From the NCBI GenBank assembly GCA_963741945.1, contig CAVUKA010000004.1:1-64000 (forward strand): DNA of 64,000 nt, in the 5' to 3' direction. A program made the translations under genes and the position numbers. A model generated the notes under the pieces. The model was not told the DNA's origin, did not search any database, and saw only the letters and a list, made by a program, of their open reading frames with translations. This document shows, piece by piece, positions 28,308 through 38,286 of this stretch. Positions within the stretch are counted from its first letter, which is position 1, and the number at the start of each line of letters is the position of its first letter. The stretch is from an uncultured Gemmatimonadales bacterium (GTDB lineage Bacteria; Gemmatimonadota; Gemmatimonadetes; Longimicrobiales; RSA9).

Positions 28308-30329
28308 CTACCTGTCAGCCGGACGTGGGGAGACGGCGGCGGCGGCGGCGTGCCCCACGTCCGGACGCTCCTCGTCTCCCTGCTGGACGGGCGGCTTCCC
28401 CATGAGCTCGCGCAGCTCCTCGCGCGTCACCACTTCGTGCTCGAGCAGTTCCCGTGCGAGCCGGCCCAGGATCTCGCGGTCGCCGGTGAGGAGCTCGCGC
28501 GTTCGCTTGTGGACGGACTCCACGATGGTACGGACCTCTTCGTCCATCGTGCGAGCCGTGTCCTCGCTGTAGTTGCGCTGCTGCGGCGGCCACGCGCCGT
28601 CGCTGCCGAGGAACGTCTGGCGCTGCTTCTCGTAGCCCACCGCCCCCAGCCGGTCCGACATCCCGTACTGCTGGACCATCCGCCGAGCCATGTCGCCCAC
28701 ACGCTCCAGGTCGTTCGACGCGCCCGTGGAGATCTCGTTGAACACGATCTCCTCCGCCACACGCCCACCCAGCAGCACGGCCATGCGGTCCAGCAGCTCC
28801 TGCTTCTGGAGCAGGAAGCGCTCGTCCTCGGGCAGCTGCTGCGTGTATCCCAGCGCCCCCACGCCTCGTGGGATGATGCTGATCTTGTGGACGGGATCGG
28901 CGTTGTCCACCCGCTCGGCGACGATGGCGTGGCCGGCCTCGTGGAACGCCACGATCTTCCGCTCCTTCTCGTTCACCAGCCGGTTCTTCTTCTCCAGCCC
29001 CGCGATGATCCGGTCGATGGCGGCATCCAGCTCCGCCATGCCCACTTCGGTCTTGTCGTTGCGCGCGGCCAGCAGCGCGCCCTCGTTGAGCAGGTTGGCC
29101 AGGTCCGCGCCCACGAACCCCGGGGTGCGACGGGCGAGCACGTTCAGGTCCACATCGGGGGCCAGCTTGATCTGCTTCGCGTGCACCCGCAGGATCGCTT
29201 CGCGACCCGCACGGTCGGGGCGGTCCACCACCACCTGGCGGTCGAAGCGCCCGGGCCGGAGAAGCGCCGGGTCCAGGATCTCCGGCCGGTTCGTCGCCGC
29301 CATGATGATGACGCCGACCTGTGGATCGAACCCGTCCATCTCCACCAGCAGCTGGTTGAGCGTCTGCTCCCGCTCGTCGTGACCGCCCATGGGGCCGCCC
29401 GCGCCCCGCGCCTTCCCCAGCGCGTCCAGCTCGTCGATGAAAACGATGCATGGCGAATTGCTCTTCGCCTGCTCGAACAGGTCCCGCACTCGCGACGCGC
29501 CCACGCCCACGAACATCTCCACGAACTCGGATCCGTTCATCGAGAAGAACGTCACACCCGCCTCGCCGGCCACGGCCCGCGCCAGCAGCGTCTTACCGGT
29601 ACCCGGCGCGCCCGCCAGCAGCACGCCCTTCGGGATGCGGGCGCCCACACGGTGGAACTTCCCCGGCTCCTTCAGGAACTCGACGATCTCCACCAGCTCC
29701 TGCTTCGCCTCCTCCGCCCCCGCCACATCATCGAACGTGACGCCCGTCCCGTCTTCACCCACGATCCGGGCCTTGTTCTTCCCCACCGTCATCACGCCCG
29801 ACGCCGGGTTCATGCGGCGCAGCATCCAGACCCAGAAGACCACCATCAGGCCGAGCGGGAGCAGCCACACGAGCGCCTGTCCGAGCCAGCCCTGCGTGGC
29901 CGCCGAGTACTCCACGTCATGGGATTCCAGGAGCGGGATGAGCTCGTCGTCACCCTGGACCCGCACCGACGTCCATACTTCCGGCGCCCGCCCCTGCGCG
30001 ATCAGAGAGCTGTCCGGGATCGCCCGGATCGTCGCCCCCTGGAAATGGACCTCGTGCACCTGCCCCTTCGCGATCCGCGCCTTCAGGTCGCTGTACGCGA
30101 TCTTCGACGTGTCCTTCCCGCTCAGCAGCACATTGAGACCGAGCAGAAGCGCAAGCGCCAGCAGGAAATACAGCATGGAGAACCGCGTGCGTCGATTGCG
30201 CATGGGGCCGCCACGCCGGTCGTCCCGCCCCTTCCGTCGATCCGGCCCCCGCTCGCGACCACGATCCTTGCCACGCCGATCGTCCGGCCCCGTTCTGCGG
30301 TCCTGCCCGATTGGTGTCATGTCGATCAC
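28308..30329 (-). CDS. ftsH: ATP-dependent zinc metalloprotease FtsH
   Basis: Two TM segments, [39 protein letters not shown]. Start uncertain (30329, 30320 or 30203). Confidence 0.97.
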   Translation of the reverse strand: MIDMTPIGQDRRTGPDDRRGKDRGRERGPDRRKGRDDRRGGPMRNRRTRFSMLYFLLALALLLGLNVLLSGKDTSKIAYSDLKARIAKGQVHEVHFQGATIRAIPDSSLIAQGRAPEVWTSVRVQGDDELIPLLESHDVEYSAATQGWLGQALVWLLPLGLMVVFWVWMLRRMNPASGVMTVGKNKARIVGEDGTGVTFDDVAGAEEAKQELVEIVEFLKEPGKFHRVGARIPKGVLLAGAPGTGKTLLARAVAGEAGVTFFSMNGSEFVEMFVGVGASRVRDLFEQAKSNSPCIVFIDELDALGKARGAGGPMGGHDEREQTLNQLLVEMDGFDPQVGVIIMAATNRPEILDPALLRPGRFDRQVVVDRPDRAGREAILRVHAKQIKLAPDVDLNVLARRTPGFVGADLANLLNEGALLAARNDKTEVGMAELDAAIDRIIAGLEKKNRLVNEKERKIVAFHEAGHAIVAERVDNADPVHKISIIPRGVGALGYTQQLPEDERFLLQKQELLDRMAVLLGGRVAEEIVFNEISTGASNDLERVGDMARRMVQQYGMSDRLGAVGYEKQRQTFLGSDGAWPPQQRNYSEDTARTMDEEVRTIVESVHKRTRELLTGDREILGRLARELLEHEVVTREELRELMGKPPVQQGDEERPDVGHAAAAAVSPRPADR

Positions 30330-30549
30330 CGGTCAGGGCAAGGTCTGTTCCGGAATTGACGGTCGAGAAAGCGGAAACCCCGCTCCCCGCGACCGGACCA
30401 CCCGGATGCCGCTGCCGGCGGCGCCATCCGCGCCGGCGGCGGCGGACCAGCACGTCACCGGGACACGCCATCTGTCTGGCGGTGACCGCGCCTTTCGCCC
30501 AAGTTCGTGCTTCCGGCCCAGACACGCGCGTGCTCCCGACCAGACCGCC

Positions 30550-31752
30550 TTGCGAGCCATCCGCTTCCATTACCGGCCCATACGCTATCTGCTGACGCGC
30601 GCCGCCTCCCGGCGGCTGCGGGCGGGTGGAGCCGGACCATTCGGGTTCGTGCGCATGGACGAGATCCCGCCACCGCCGCTCCCCGGTCCGGAATGGGTGC
30701 GGGTGGAGCCGCGGCTTTCGGGCATTTGCGGCAGCGACCTCGGCGCCATCACCGCGCACGACTCCTTCACGCTCGAGCCGTACGCCGCCTACCCGTTCAC
30801 GCTGGGACACGAGGTGGTGGGGACGGTGACGGAAGTGGGGCGGGGCGTGAGCCGCTGGAGCGAGGGCGATCGCGTGATCCTCAACCCGATGCTGGCGTGC
30901 CGCCAGAAAGGGTTGGAGCCGTGCCCTGCCTGTGCCCGCGGCGACTATGGTGTTTGCCGCCGCGCGACGGACGGCGCCGGCTCCATCACCGGTTTCAGCC
31001 CTCTCACGGGCGGCGGCTGGGCGGACTCACTGGTGGCGCACGAGACCCAGCTCTGGGCGCAGGAGCAGCTCCCGGACGAAGTGGCCGTTTTCGCCGACCC
31101 GTTCGCGTCGGCGGCGAAGGGCGTATTCCTCGAGCCGCCCGCGTGGGATGATGTCGTCCTCGTGATCGGCGCGGGCACCATCGGTCTGCTGACTGTCCAC
31201 GCCCTCCGCGCCACGGGGTGGGCGGGCACGGTGGCGGTCTCGGCACGCCATCCGTTCCAGGGGGAGCGGGCGCGGCGAGCCGGTGCGGACGTGGTGCTGG
31301 GGTCTACAGCCGCGCTGTACGACTGGGCGGGCTCCCTGCCGGGGGCGGCGGCGTTCAAGCCCACGCTGGCCCCGCGCTTCGTGGAAGGCGGACCGTCGCT
31401 GGTTTACGACACGGTTGGCTCGGCGTCCACGGTCCGGGACGCGCTGGCGCTCACCCGGGAAGCCGGTCGGGTGGTGCTCACGGGAGCGGCCGCCCGCTCC
31501 CGCGTGGACCTCACTCGCCTCTGGCACCGGCAGCTCCGCATGACGGGCGTGATGGTCTACGGGCCGGTGGATTTCGAGGGACAGCGAGTCGATGTGTTCG
31601 AGGCCGCGCTCGCGCTCCTGCGTCGCGGGGGGCTGGAGCGGCTGGAGCTTCTTACCCACGTGTTCGAACTGGAGGAGTATCGTGACGGGATCTCGGTCGC
31701 TCTCGGCAAAGGCGGTCACGACAGCATCAAGGTCGCCTTCCGGCCGCACTGA
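30550..31752 (+). CDS. Zn-dependent MDR dehydrogenase (threonine/sorbitol dehydrogenase-like)
   Basis: Probable TTG start at 30550; [11 protein letters not shown], four-Cys Zn loop, GAGTIG. Confidence 0.88.
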   Translation: MRAIRFHYRPIRYLLTRAASRRLRAGGAGPFGFVRMDEIPPPPLPGPEWVRVEPRLSGICGSDLGAITAHDSFTLEPYAAYPFTLGHEVVGTVTEVGRGVSRWSEGDRVILNPMLACRQKGLEPCPACARGDYGVCRRATDGAGSITGFSPLTGGGWADSLVAHETQLWAQEQLPDEVAVFADPFASAAKGVFLEPPAWDDVVLVIGAGTIGLLTVHALRATGWAGTVAVSARHPFQGERARRAGADVVLGSTAALYDWAGSLPGAAAFKPTLAPRFVEGGPSLVYDTVGSASTVRDALALTREAGRVVLTGAAARSRVDLTRLWHRQLRMTGVMVYGPVDFEGQRVDVFEAALALLRRGGLERLELLTHVFELEEYRDGISVALGKGGHDSIKVAFRPH

Positions 31753-33022
31753 CGAGCTCGGCGCCTACACGCACGATCCCTTCGACGGGTTCTTCGACGG
31801 GCGTGCGGTCGACGATCTGATCGAGCCCGGCGGTCTGCTCGACACGGAGCCCGCCCACCAGTGGTTCCAGCTGTTCCACCGCGGCCTGCCGCAATCGCTG
31901 TACACCTATCAGCTCCCACTCCAGCGCGCGGCCCGGGCGGAGTCGGCCGTCTTCGGCCGGGAGCTCATCATGTTCTCCTCGTACAGCTATCTCGGCCTCA
32001 TTGGCGACCCGCGAATCCGCGCGGCCGTGATGGAAGCGGTGGAGCGGTATGGCACGTCGACCGGTGGCGTTCGCCTTCTCACGGGAACGCTGGCCCTTCA
32101 CCACGAGCTCGAGCGCGAGCTGGCGGCCTTCCTGGGCGTGGACGCTGCGGCGGCGTTCAGCTCCGGGTACGACGCCAACGTTGCGGCGATCACGTCGCTC
32201 TTCGGCCCCCGTGACTGGGCGATCCTGGACCAGTACGCCCATCAGAGCCTCCAGGACGGCTGCCGCATGGCGGGGTGCGAGGTGCGCCGGTTCCGGCACA
32301 ACGACATGAACGACCTGGAGCGCAGGCTCCGTCAGGCCAGGAACCGGGGCGTCGAGCGCGTCCTCATCGCCGTGGACGGCGTCTTCAGCATGGATGGGGA
32401 TCAGGCCAGACTCGAGGAGATCCTGGAGTTGAAGGATCGCCACGGGGCGTTCCTGCTGGTGGACGAGGCCCACGCGCTGGGTGCCGTGGGCGCCACCGGA
32501 CGCGGCACGTGCGAGGCGCGCGGAGTGGATCCACGGCGTGTCGACATCCTCACGGGCTCCCTCTCCAAGGGCATTCCCTCGTCCGGCGGCTTCGTGGCCG
32601 GGAGCAACGCCCTGAAGATCTACGTGCAGCACGGCTCGGCGCCCTACATGTTCAGCGCCGCGCTCACGCCGCCAAACGCGGCCGCCGCGCTGGAGGGCAT
32701 CCGGATCCTCCGCGACCAGCCCGGCCGCATGGAGCGCCTCCGCGCCAGCACGGAGCGCCTCCGCGACGGCGTTGCCGCGCGCGGGCTCGACACCGGCGCA
32801 ACGGAATCTCCCGTGGTCCCGCTGATCCTGGGCGATGAATGGCGTGCGTACTCCTGGGCGCGGGCCATGCTCGACGACGGGCTGCTCGTCTCCGCCGTGG
32901 TCTTTCCCGCCGTGGCCCGCGGCGCGGCCCGCCTCCGCCTCTGCGCCACAGCCGGTCACGAGCCCGCGCACTTTGACCGGCTGTTCGAGGCCATCGACCG
33001 GCGGCTCGCGGCGGAAGGCTGA
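31682..33022 (+). CDS. PLP-dependent alpha-oxoamine synthase family protein (BioF/Kbl/SPT family)
   Basis: [45 protein letters not shown]. The most plausible start is GTG 31682, behind GGAGGAG. Confidence 0.88.
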   Translation: MTGSRSLSAKAVTTASRSPSGRTDELGAYTHDPFDGFFDGRAVDDLIEPGGLLDTEPAHQWFQLFHRGLPQSLYTYQLPLQRAARAESAVFGRELIMFSSYSYLGLIGDPRIRAAVMEAVERYGTSTGGVRLLTGTLALHHELERELAAFLGVDAAAAFSSGYDANVAAITSLFGPRDWAILDQYAHQSLQDGCRMAGCEVRRFRHNDMNDLERRLRQARNRGVERVLIAVDGVFSMDGDQARLEEILELKDRHGAFLLVDEAHALGAVGATGRGTCEARGVDPRRVDILTGSLSKGIPSSGGFVAGSNALKIYVQHGSAPYMFSAALTPPNAAAALEGIRILRDQPGRMERLRASTERLRDGVAARGLDTGATESPVVPLILGDEWRAYSWARAMLDDGLLVSAVVFPAVARGAARLRLCATAGHEPAHFDRLFEAIDRRLAAEG

Positions 33023-33062
33023 TGGCTGCGGCGCCGGCTCTCCTGCCGTCACGGCCGAACGA

Positions 33063-33095
33063 AAGCCCCCGGCGGTGTCTGACCGCCGGGGGCTT
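33063..33095. terminator. Hairpin terminator between convergent genes
   Basis: 14-bp perfect stem AAGCCCCCGGCGGT / ACCGCCGGGGGCTT with a 5-nt loop. Confidence 0.75.
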
Positions 33096-33142
33096 CCGCA
33101 TCTTCGCCGGCGGGCAGGGCCCGGCCGGCGCGGATCAGCGCG

Positions 33143-34579
33143 TCACGGCGCGGTCGTCACACACCCCGTCGCGTCGTATTCCGGGTTGTTCCGCTCCTGG
33201 TACGGCACCGGGAACGCCACGTCGTTGCCGATGGCGGCATTGAAGATGGTCGTCCCGATGGGGAACAGCTCGTTCTCGGTGAACATTCCCTGGTATGGCT
33301 GGATCGTGAGCAGGCGGCGCAGATCGCCCAACCGATGACCCGTCAGCCACAGCCAGAACGCACGCTCCTTGTACAGCAGGAGCACGCGGTCGTGCGCGTT
33401 GCCGGGATCCGTGAGCGCCGGCAGCCCCGCCCCCGACCGCAGCGTGTTCAGGATCTGCAGCCAGTTCCCGCTCGCACTGCTCCCCGCCGTGGCGCCCGCA
33501 TCCAGGTTCGCCTCGGCGATGATCAGCTGCGCTTCCGTGTACGTGGCCAGCGGCACGCCTGCGCCGCGGGACGGATACTTGAACTGGGCGTACTCCGGAA
33601 TCGCGGTCCCGCTGCCCACACCGGCGGAGTCCACCGGAACACGCGGATCGATGATGTTCGCCGGATCGGGCTGCGGGTTGTCCGCCGTGGGGGTTCCCAC
33701 TGCGCGGTTGAAGAAGCGGAGCCCGTTCACCCCATCTCCGCTGGCTGCGGATGAGCGCCGCTCGGAATTGATGTTGTACCAGATACCGTTGTTCTGGCTC
33801 GAGGAGTTCGGGCTGAACTCCACGTCATACGCGAAGTCCGCCGGGATCTGCTGAGCCAGTGACGCGGCGGCGGCCAGGTCGCCCTGGTCCTGCCGCACGC
33901 GCGCCAGGCCGAGCGTGGCGAGGTAGCCGAAGTCACTGGCGCCCGCCGCGTTCGCCATGTCGATGGCAGTCTGGAACCGCACGGCTGCCGTATCCAGCAT
34001 GGCGGCCTTGTCGATGGCCGGCTCGAACGTGATGCCCTGACCGAGCGGTGCATGGCTGAACGGCACGTTGCTGCACCAGTTCTCGGCGAAGAACACGAAC
34101 GTGTACCCCGAGTACGCCTTCATCTGCGCCCGGTATGGCGAGTTGGCGTTCTCGGCCGTCAGCAGCTCCTCCGCCTGGTCGGCCAGGTTCCTGGCCCGAT
34201 GCAAGCGGTAGTAGACGGTGTAGATGGAACCATTGGTGTCCTGCATGCTTCGACTGTCGATCTCCTTCATCGTGTCGAAGGTGCTGGCATACCACAGCTC
34301 GTCCGCCAGCAAACCGCCGATCCCCACTACGCCCGGCGTCTCGTTGTTCGCCGCCGGGCCCGCGATCGCCCGCGCGAACTCGAACAGCGCGCCGTTCTTC
34401 ACGGCCGGCGCGTTCGCCGTGTCCTCCACGGTAGGCAGCGTGATCAGATCTGGATCCTGCAGGTCGACCAGGTCGTTCGTGTTGCACCCGGCCAGTCCCA
34501 GGGTGGTGGCGAGCAGCGCAGCCCCGGCGAGCCGGATCCGGCTCCCGAGTCGCGTGCCGCCTGTAGTCGTCGTTCTCAT
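33143..34579 (-). CDS. RagB/SusD-family outer-membrane lipoprotein
   Basis: Lipobox LAGC, GLLADE, EAQLIIAEA, LNTLR, ERAFWLWLTGHRLGDLRR, FPVPYQERNNP; directly downstream of a SusC-like gene. Confidence 0.92.
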   Translation of the reverse strand: MRTTTTGGTRLGSRIRLAGAALLATTLGLAGCNTNDLVDLQDPDLITLPTVEDTANAPAVKNGALFEFARAIAGPAANNETPGVVGIGGLLADELWYASTFDTMKEIDSRSMQDTNGSIYTVYYRLHRARNLADQAEELLTAENANSPYRAQMKAYSGYTFVFFAENWCSNVPFSHAPLGQGITFEPAIDKAAMLDTAAVRFQTAIDMANAAGASDFGYLATLGLARVRQDQGDLAAAASLAQQIPADFAYDVEFSPNSSSQNNGIWYNINSERRSSAASGDGVNGLRFFNRAVGTPTADNPQPDPANIIDPRVPVDSAGVGSGTAIPEYAQFKYPSRGAGVPLATYTEAQLIIAEANLDAGATAGSSASGNWLQILNTLRSGAGLPALTDPGNAHDRVLLLYKERAFWLWLTGHRLGDLRRLLTIQPYQGMFTENELFPIGTTIFNAAIGNDVAFPVPYQERNNPEYDATGCVTTAP

Positions 34580-34588
34580 CTATACCTC

Positions 34589-37570
34589 CTAGAAGTTCGC
34601 GTCGACGCGGAGCGTGAACACACGGTTCGGCGGCAGCGGCGAGATGTCGCGGGACGAGAAATTCGCCTGCCCGTAGCTGTTCACCTCGGGGTCGAGCCCG
34701 GGGTAGCTGGTCCACGTCGCCAGGTTCCGGCCGGCCAGGGTCAGCCGCAGATCGCTCGCCTTGAACGTCCGCGTCCAGCCGCTCGGCACCATGAACGTCA
34801 GCGACACCTCACGGAGCTTCACGAAGTCCGCATCCTCGATGTAGCCCGCCCACGTCCCGTATGCGGCGTAGCCAACCACCTTCGCCTGGTCCGCCAGCGA
34901 GCCCGTATAGGCCGCCTGGCAGTTCGCGTAGCTGCGGCACCGGACGTCTTCCGTCTGGTTGAAGAGCTTGTAGCCGCCCTTGTAGTCGAGCATCCCCGAG
35001 ACCCGGAACAGCTTCCAGAACGTCATGTCGGTGCTCAGCGACGCTTCGCGCGTCGGGAAGGAGCTGCCCAGATACACCGCGGTGTCTCCAACCACCATTT
35101 CGTCCGGGGCCAGGATCCCGTCCCCGTTCTCATCACTGTAGGACAGGATCGGGCGCTGCCAGTAGGAGCCCAGCGGGTATCCCTCCTGGTGCCGCTGGCG
35201 ACTGGCCGCGAACTCGATGGGCGGCAGCGGATTCCCCTCCGCGTCCGTACCCAGGTTCAGCAGCTGGTTCGACAGCCAGCTGGCCGTCGCGTTGAAGCCC
35301 CACATGAAGTTGTCCGTCCGCACCGCATCCCCGTTCAGCGTCAGCTCCAGCCCGGTGTTGCGCACGGAGCCGAGATTCTCCCACCGGCTCGTGCTGCCGC
35401 CGGGCGAGGGCGGAAGTGGGCGGTTCACCAGCGCGTCGGTCGACTTCTTGTAATACCAGTTGGCTTCCAGACCGAGGCGACCACCGAACCAGCCGCTCTC
35501 GAAGCCCAGCTCCCACTCCGACGTCCGCTCCGGCTTCAGGTCGGGGTTCCCGATCTCGTTGATCGTGATCCCGGGCACATCCGCCTGATTGAACGCCGTG
35601 ACCTGGGGCACGAAGGAGAGCAGCGCGTCCGTGGCGCCCGGGCGCAGGCCCGCCTGACCGTACGCCGCGCGCAGCCGCAGGTCGCTCAGCGCGTCGATCT
35701 GCGGGAAGAACTTCTCTTCGCTGACCACCCACGAGCCGCTGAAGGACGGGTACCAGATCCAGCCGATGTCGGTCCCGAACGCCGTGTTCTTGTCGCCGCG
35801 CAGTGCAGCGTTCAGGAACAGGCGGTCGCGCCACGCCAGCTGCTCCTGCGCATAGGCCGACAGCGTCGCATTGCGCAGGTTGCCTTCACCGGCCTCGAAG
35901 TCGCTCGTGGCGCCCGCCAGCGAGGTCTCCACACCCGGCGTCAGCCCCGCGCCGAAGGCGTACACGTCGTGCGAGTTCTCGCGGATGTACTGCGTCCCCG
36001 CCGTGGTGGTGGACATCAGGCTCGGCGTCAGGTTGTAGACCGCCGACCCGCTCAGGTTGGTGTTGATGTTGTAGATGGCCCAGGTGTCCGTCTGGATCCA
36101 GCCGTGCGAGTACACGCCGCCGTACACCTGATAGGCGCTGGTCCGCGGAATCCGGCCGCGGTCCTCGCGCGAGATCCGGTCCAGACCGGCCGACCCGTTG
36201 AAGCTCAGCCAGTTCAGGGGCGTCCAGTCGATGCTCGAGCTGCCGATGAACCGGCTCTGGTCCTGGTACGTCTTCCAGTCGTAGAAGAAGTCGATGGGAT
36301 ACAGGTACCCGCCCGTGCCCGGGCCGTAGAGCCCCAGTCCCGTGGCGCCGAACAGCGAGTTGTCGCTCAGCGGGAACTGCGCATTGTAGTCCACGTACCC
36401 TACCGACCCACGGATGCGGAAATCGTCGCCGACGTTCCCCGACAGGTTGGCCTGCAGGTTCCACTTGTGCATGTAGTTCTCGGAGTTGTACACGGACTCT
36501 TCTTTCGAGCGCTCGGCCGAAACGAAGAATGTCGTGTTCTCGGCACCACCCGAGATGCTGGCGCCGTAGACCTGCCGGCTGCCGCCGTCGAACACCGTCG
36601 TGGAGTCGTTCTCCAGCGGATTGAAGGTCTTGTACTCCACCACGCCCGTGCACAGCGGCTGCCCGCCCGCCGTGTACGTCACCTGGCTGAGGAGCGGGCA
36701 GAGGTCCCCGTTCGCGTCCAGACCGGCCACGTTCGTGGGGAACTTCGCACCCACGCGCAGCGCCGCCTGTTCGGTCCACACGTGCACCGACGGCGCTCCG
36801 GCACTTCCCTGCTTCGTCGTGACCTGGATCACGCCATTCGCCGCCGCCGTACCGTACAGGGCGGAGGCCGCCGGACCTTTCAGGATCTCGATGCTCTGGA
36901 TGTTGTTCGGGTTCAGGTCGTTCAGCGCCGACGGCGCCTGATCCAGGCCGCCGATCGGGTTCTCACTCGGGTTGTTGTCCACCCGCACGCCATCCACCAC
37001 GAGCAGCGGCGCATTGCTCAGCGACATGGAATTCGACCCCCGGATCCGGATGCGCGACCCCGAGCCCGTCACGCCGCTGCTCTGCAGCACCGTCGCCCCG
37101 GCCGTGCGGCCCTGGATCAGCTGGTCGAAGGACGTCACCGGTGCGAGATCCACCTTGCTGACGTCCACCACGCCCACCGAGCTGCCGATCTCCCGCAGCG
37201 TCTGCTTCCGCCCTGTCGCGGACACCACCACGGCGCCCAGCTCGATGGCCGACTGGCTCATCTGGAAATTCTGCGTCGTGGTACCACCGGCGGTCACCGT
37301 GACCGTCTGGGTCTGCGTGCTGTAGCCGATCAGCGTCGCCCGGATCTCCTGCTGCCCTGGCGGCACTTGCCGGATGATGTACTCACCATTCTGGTTGGCC
37401 AGCGCGCCCAGCGTCGTTCCCGCCACCGAGATCTGGGCCCCCGGCAATGGCGCGTTCGACGTCTGGTCCACGACGCGGCCCAAAATGGTTCCCGTCTGTG
37501 CCGCGATCGGCGATGCGCCGACCAGCGCCAGCAGGGCCATGACCGCCCACTTGTATCTGGACATGTTCAC
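34589..37570 (-). CDS. SusC/RagA-family TonB-dependent transporter
   Basis: N-terminal CarboxypepD_reg-like domain, IRIRGSNS, PLLVVDG, IEILKGPAASALYGTAAANGVIQVTTK, GNPDLKPE, C-terminal F. Confidence 0.96.
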   Translation of the reverse strand: MNMSRYKWAVMALLALVGASPIAAQTGTILGRVVDQTSNAPLPGAQISVAGTTLGALANQNGEYIIRQVPPGQQEIRATLIGYSTQTQTVTVTAGGTTTQNFQMSQSAIELGAVVVSATGRKQTLREIGSSVGVVDVSKVDLAPVTSFDQLIQGRTAGATVLQSSGVTGSGSRIRIRGSNSMSLSNAPLLVVDGVRVDNNPSENPIGGLDQAPSALNDLNPNNIQSIEILKGPAASALYGTAAANGVIQVTTKQGSAGAPSVHVWTEQAALRVGAKFPTNVAGLDANGDLCPLLSQVTYTAGGQPLCTGVVEYKTFNPLENDSTTVFDGGSRQVYGASISGGAENTTFFVSAERSKEESVYNSENYMHKWNLQANLSGNVGDDFRIRGSVGYVDYNAQFPLSDNSLFGATGLGLYGPGTGGYLYPIDFFYDWKTYQDQSRFIGSSSIDWTPLNWLSFNGSAGLDRISREDRGRIPRTSAYQVYGGVYSHGWIQTDTWAIYNINTNLSGSAVYNLTPSLMSTTTAGTQYIRENSHDVYAFGAGLTPGVETSLAGATSDFEAGEGNLRNATLSAYAQEQLAWRDRLFLNAALRGDKNTAFGTDIGWIWYPSFSGSWVVSEEKFFPQIDALSDLRLRAAYGQAGLRPGATDALLSFVPQVTAFNQADVPGITINEIGNPDLKPERTSEWELGFESGWFGGRLGLEANWYYKKSTDALVNRPLPPSPGGSTSRWENLGSVRNTGLELTLNGDAVRTDNFMWGFNATASWLSNQLLNLGTDAEGNPLPPIEFAASRQRHQEGYPLGSYWQRPILSYSDENGDGILAPDEMVVGDTAVYLGSSFPTREASLSTDMTFWKLFRVSGMLDYKGGYKLFNQTEDVRCRSYANCQAAYTGSLADQAKVVGYAAYGTWAGYIEDADFVKLREVSLTFMVPSGWTRTFKASDLRLTLAGRNLATWTSYPGLDPEVNSYGQANFSSRDISPLPPNRVFTLRVDANF

Positions 37571-38021
37571 TCCTCGACCTCGTCTCCACTCTGGCCGGCC
37601 GCGCTCGTGCGACCGGCTGTCTTCGCCTTGTCCCCGGTCGGAACCGGGACTCGTTCGCTCCCTCGTTTCACCTCCCGCGCACAGGCGTACAACAGCATCG
37701 ACCCGCTCGGGTCTCTGCTCGTTCCCGCGATGGAATTGTCAGAGGGGGTAGTAGCGCTGGTTTGTCGGCGTGCCTCCTTTCTCGGGTACTCCCGTCTCGA
37801 CGTTGCCGATGGCACGGGCTCCCGCGCCCGCGCTTCATGAAGACATGGCTGCGTGGCAGTGGCTCGGAAGCCAGCGGCCACACGGTCGGCCGGTCGGATC
37901 TCGGGACTTCGGGTACTTCGGGCGGGCGTCATCGCCCCCGCTCACGCCGCGGCCTGGCCCCCCGCCTTCGGCCGGTCGGCCGGTCGTCACGGAGGTGAAC
38001 GGGTAATGGCTTCCCCGGCCA

Positions 38022-38037
38022 TGCAAAGAAGGCGCCG
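38022..38037 (-). promoter_or_regulatory. Candidate sigma-54 (-24/-12) promoter upstream of susC-like gene
   Basis: Minus strand CGGCGCCTTCTTTGCA = GG-N10-GC with TTGCA. Confidence 0.35.
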
Positions 38038-38286
38038 GACGGGCGCCAATGGACGGTGGACTGGGGCGCCGTGTGTCGGCCTGCAGCGGGCGGAGCCGCA
38101 CGCCGAAATCGGTCCGCGGTCAGCGGCGAAAGTTCGCGGAGCGCCTGAAATGCGGCCGCGGTGCGCAGCCGGCGAGGGTCACCTCCTCAGGAACTGCGCC
38201 TGTGTCACGTTCCGGACACCGCCGCCTGGTGGTCCGGCACGCATTGAGCCGCATGAAGGGATGGAACGGGCCGGGGCCGGCCGCGA

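Noticed and set aside
29389-31752. Long N-terminal extensions in the ORF track (also 1044..2219, 5274..7367, 16124..17026, 20075..21166, 39518..41974, 43688..46021, 54880..57843, 61691..63478)
   Set aside because: The extensions overlap neighbouring real genes and are low-complexity Arg/Pro/Gly text; starts were trimmed to motif- and SD-supported positions. They are not real fusions.
34052-37840. 1262-aa plus-strand ORF and other long antisense ORFs (3427..5325, 9520..11358, 28350..30359, 39593..42616, 42627..45101, 56059..58035)
   Set aside because: They are shadows of well-supported genes on the opposite strand; stop codons are scarce at this GC content and the translations have no family motifs.
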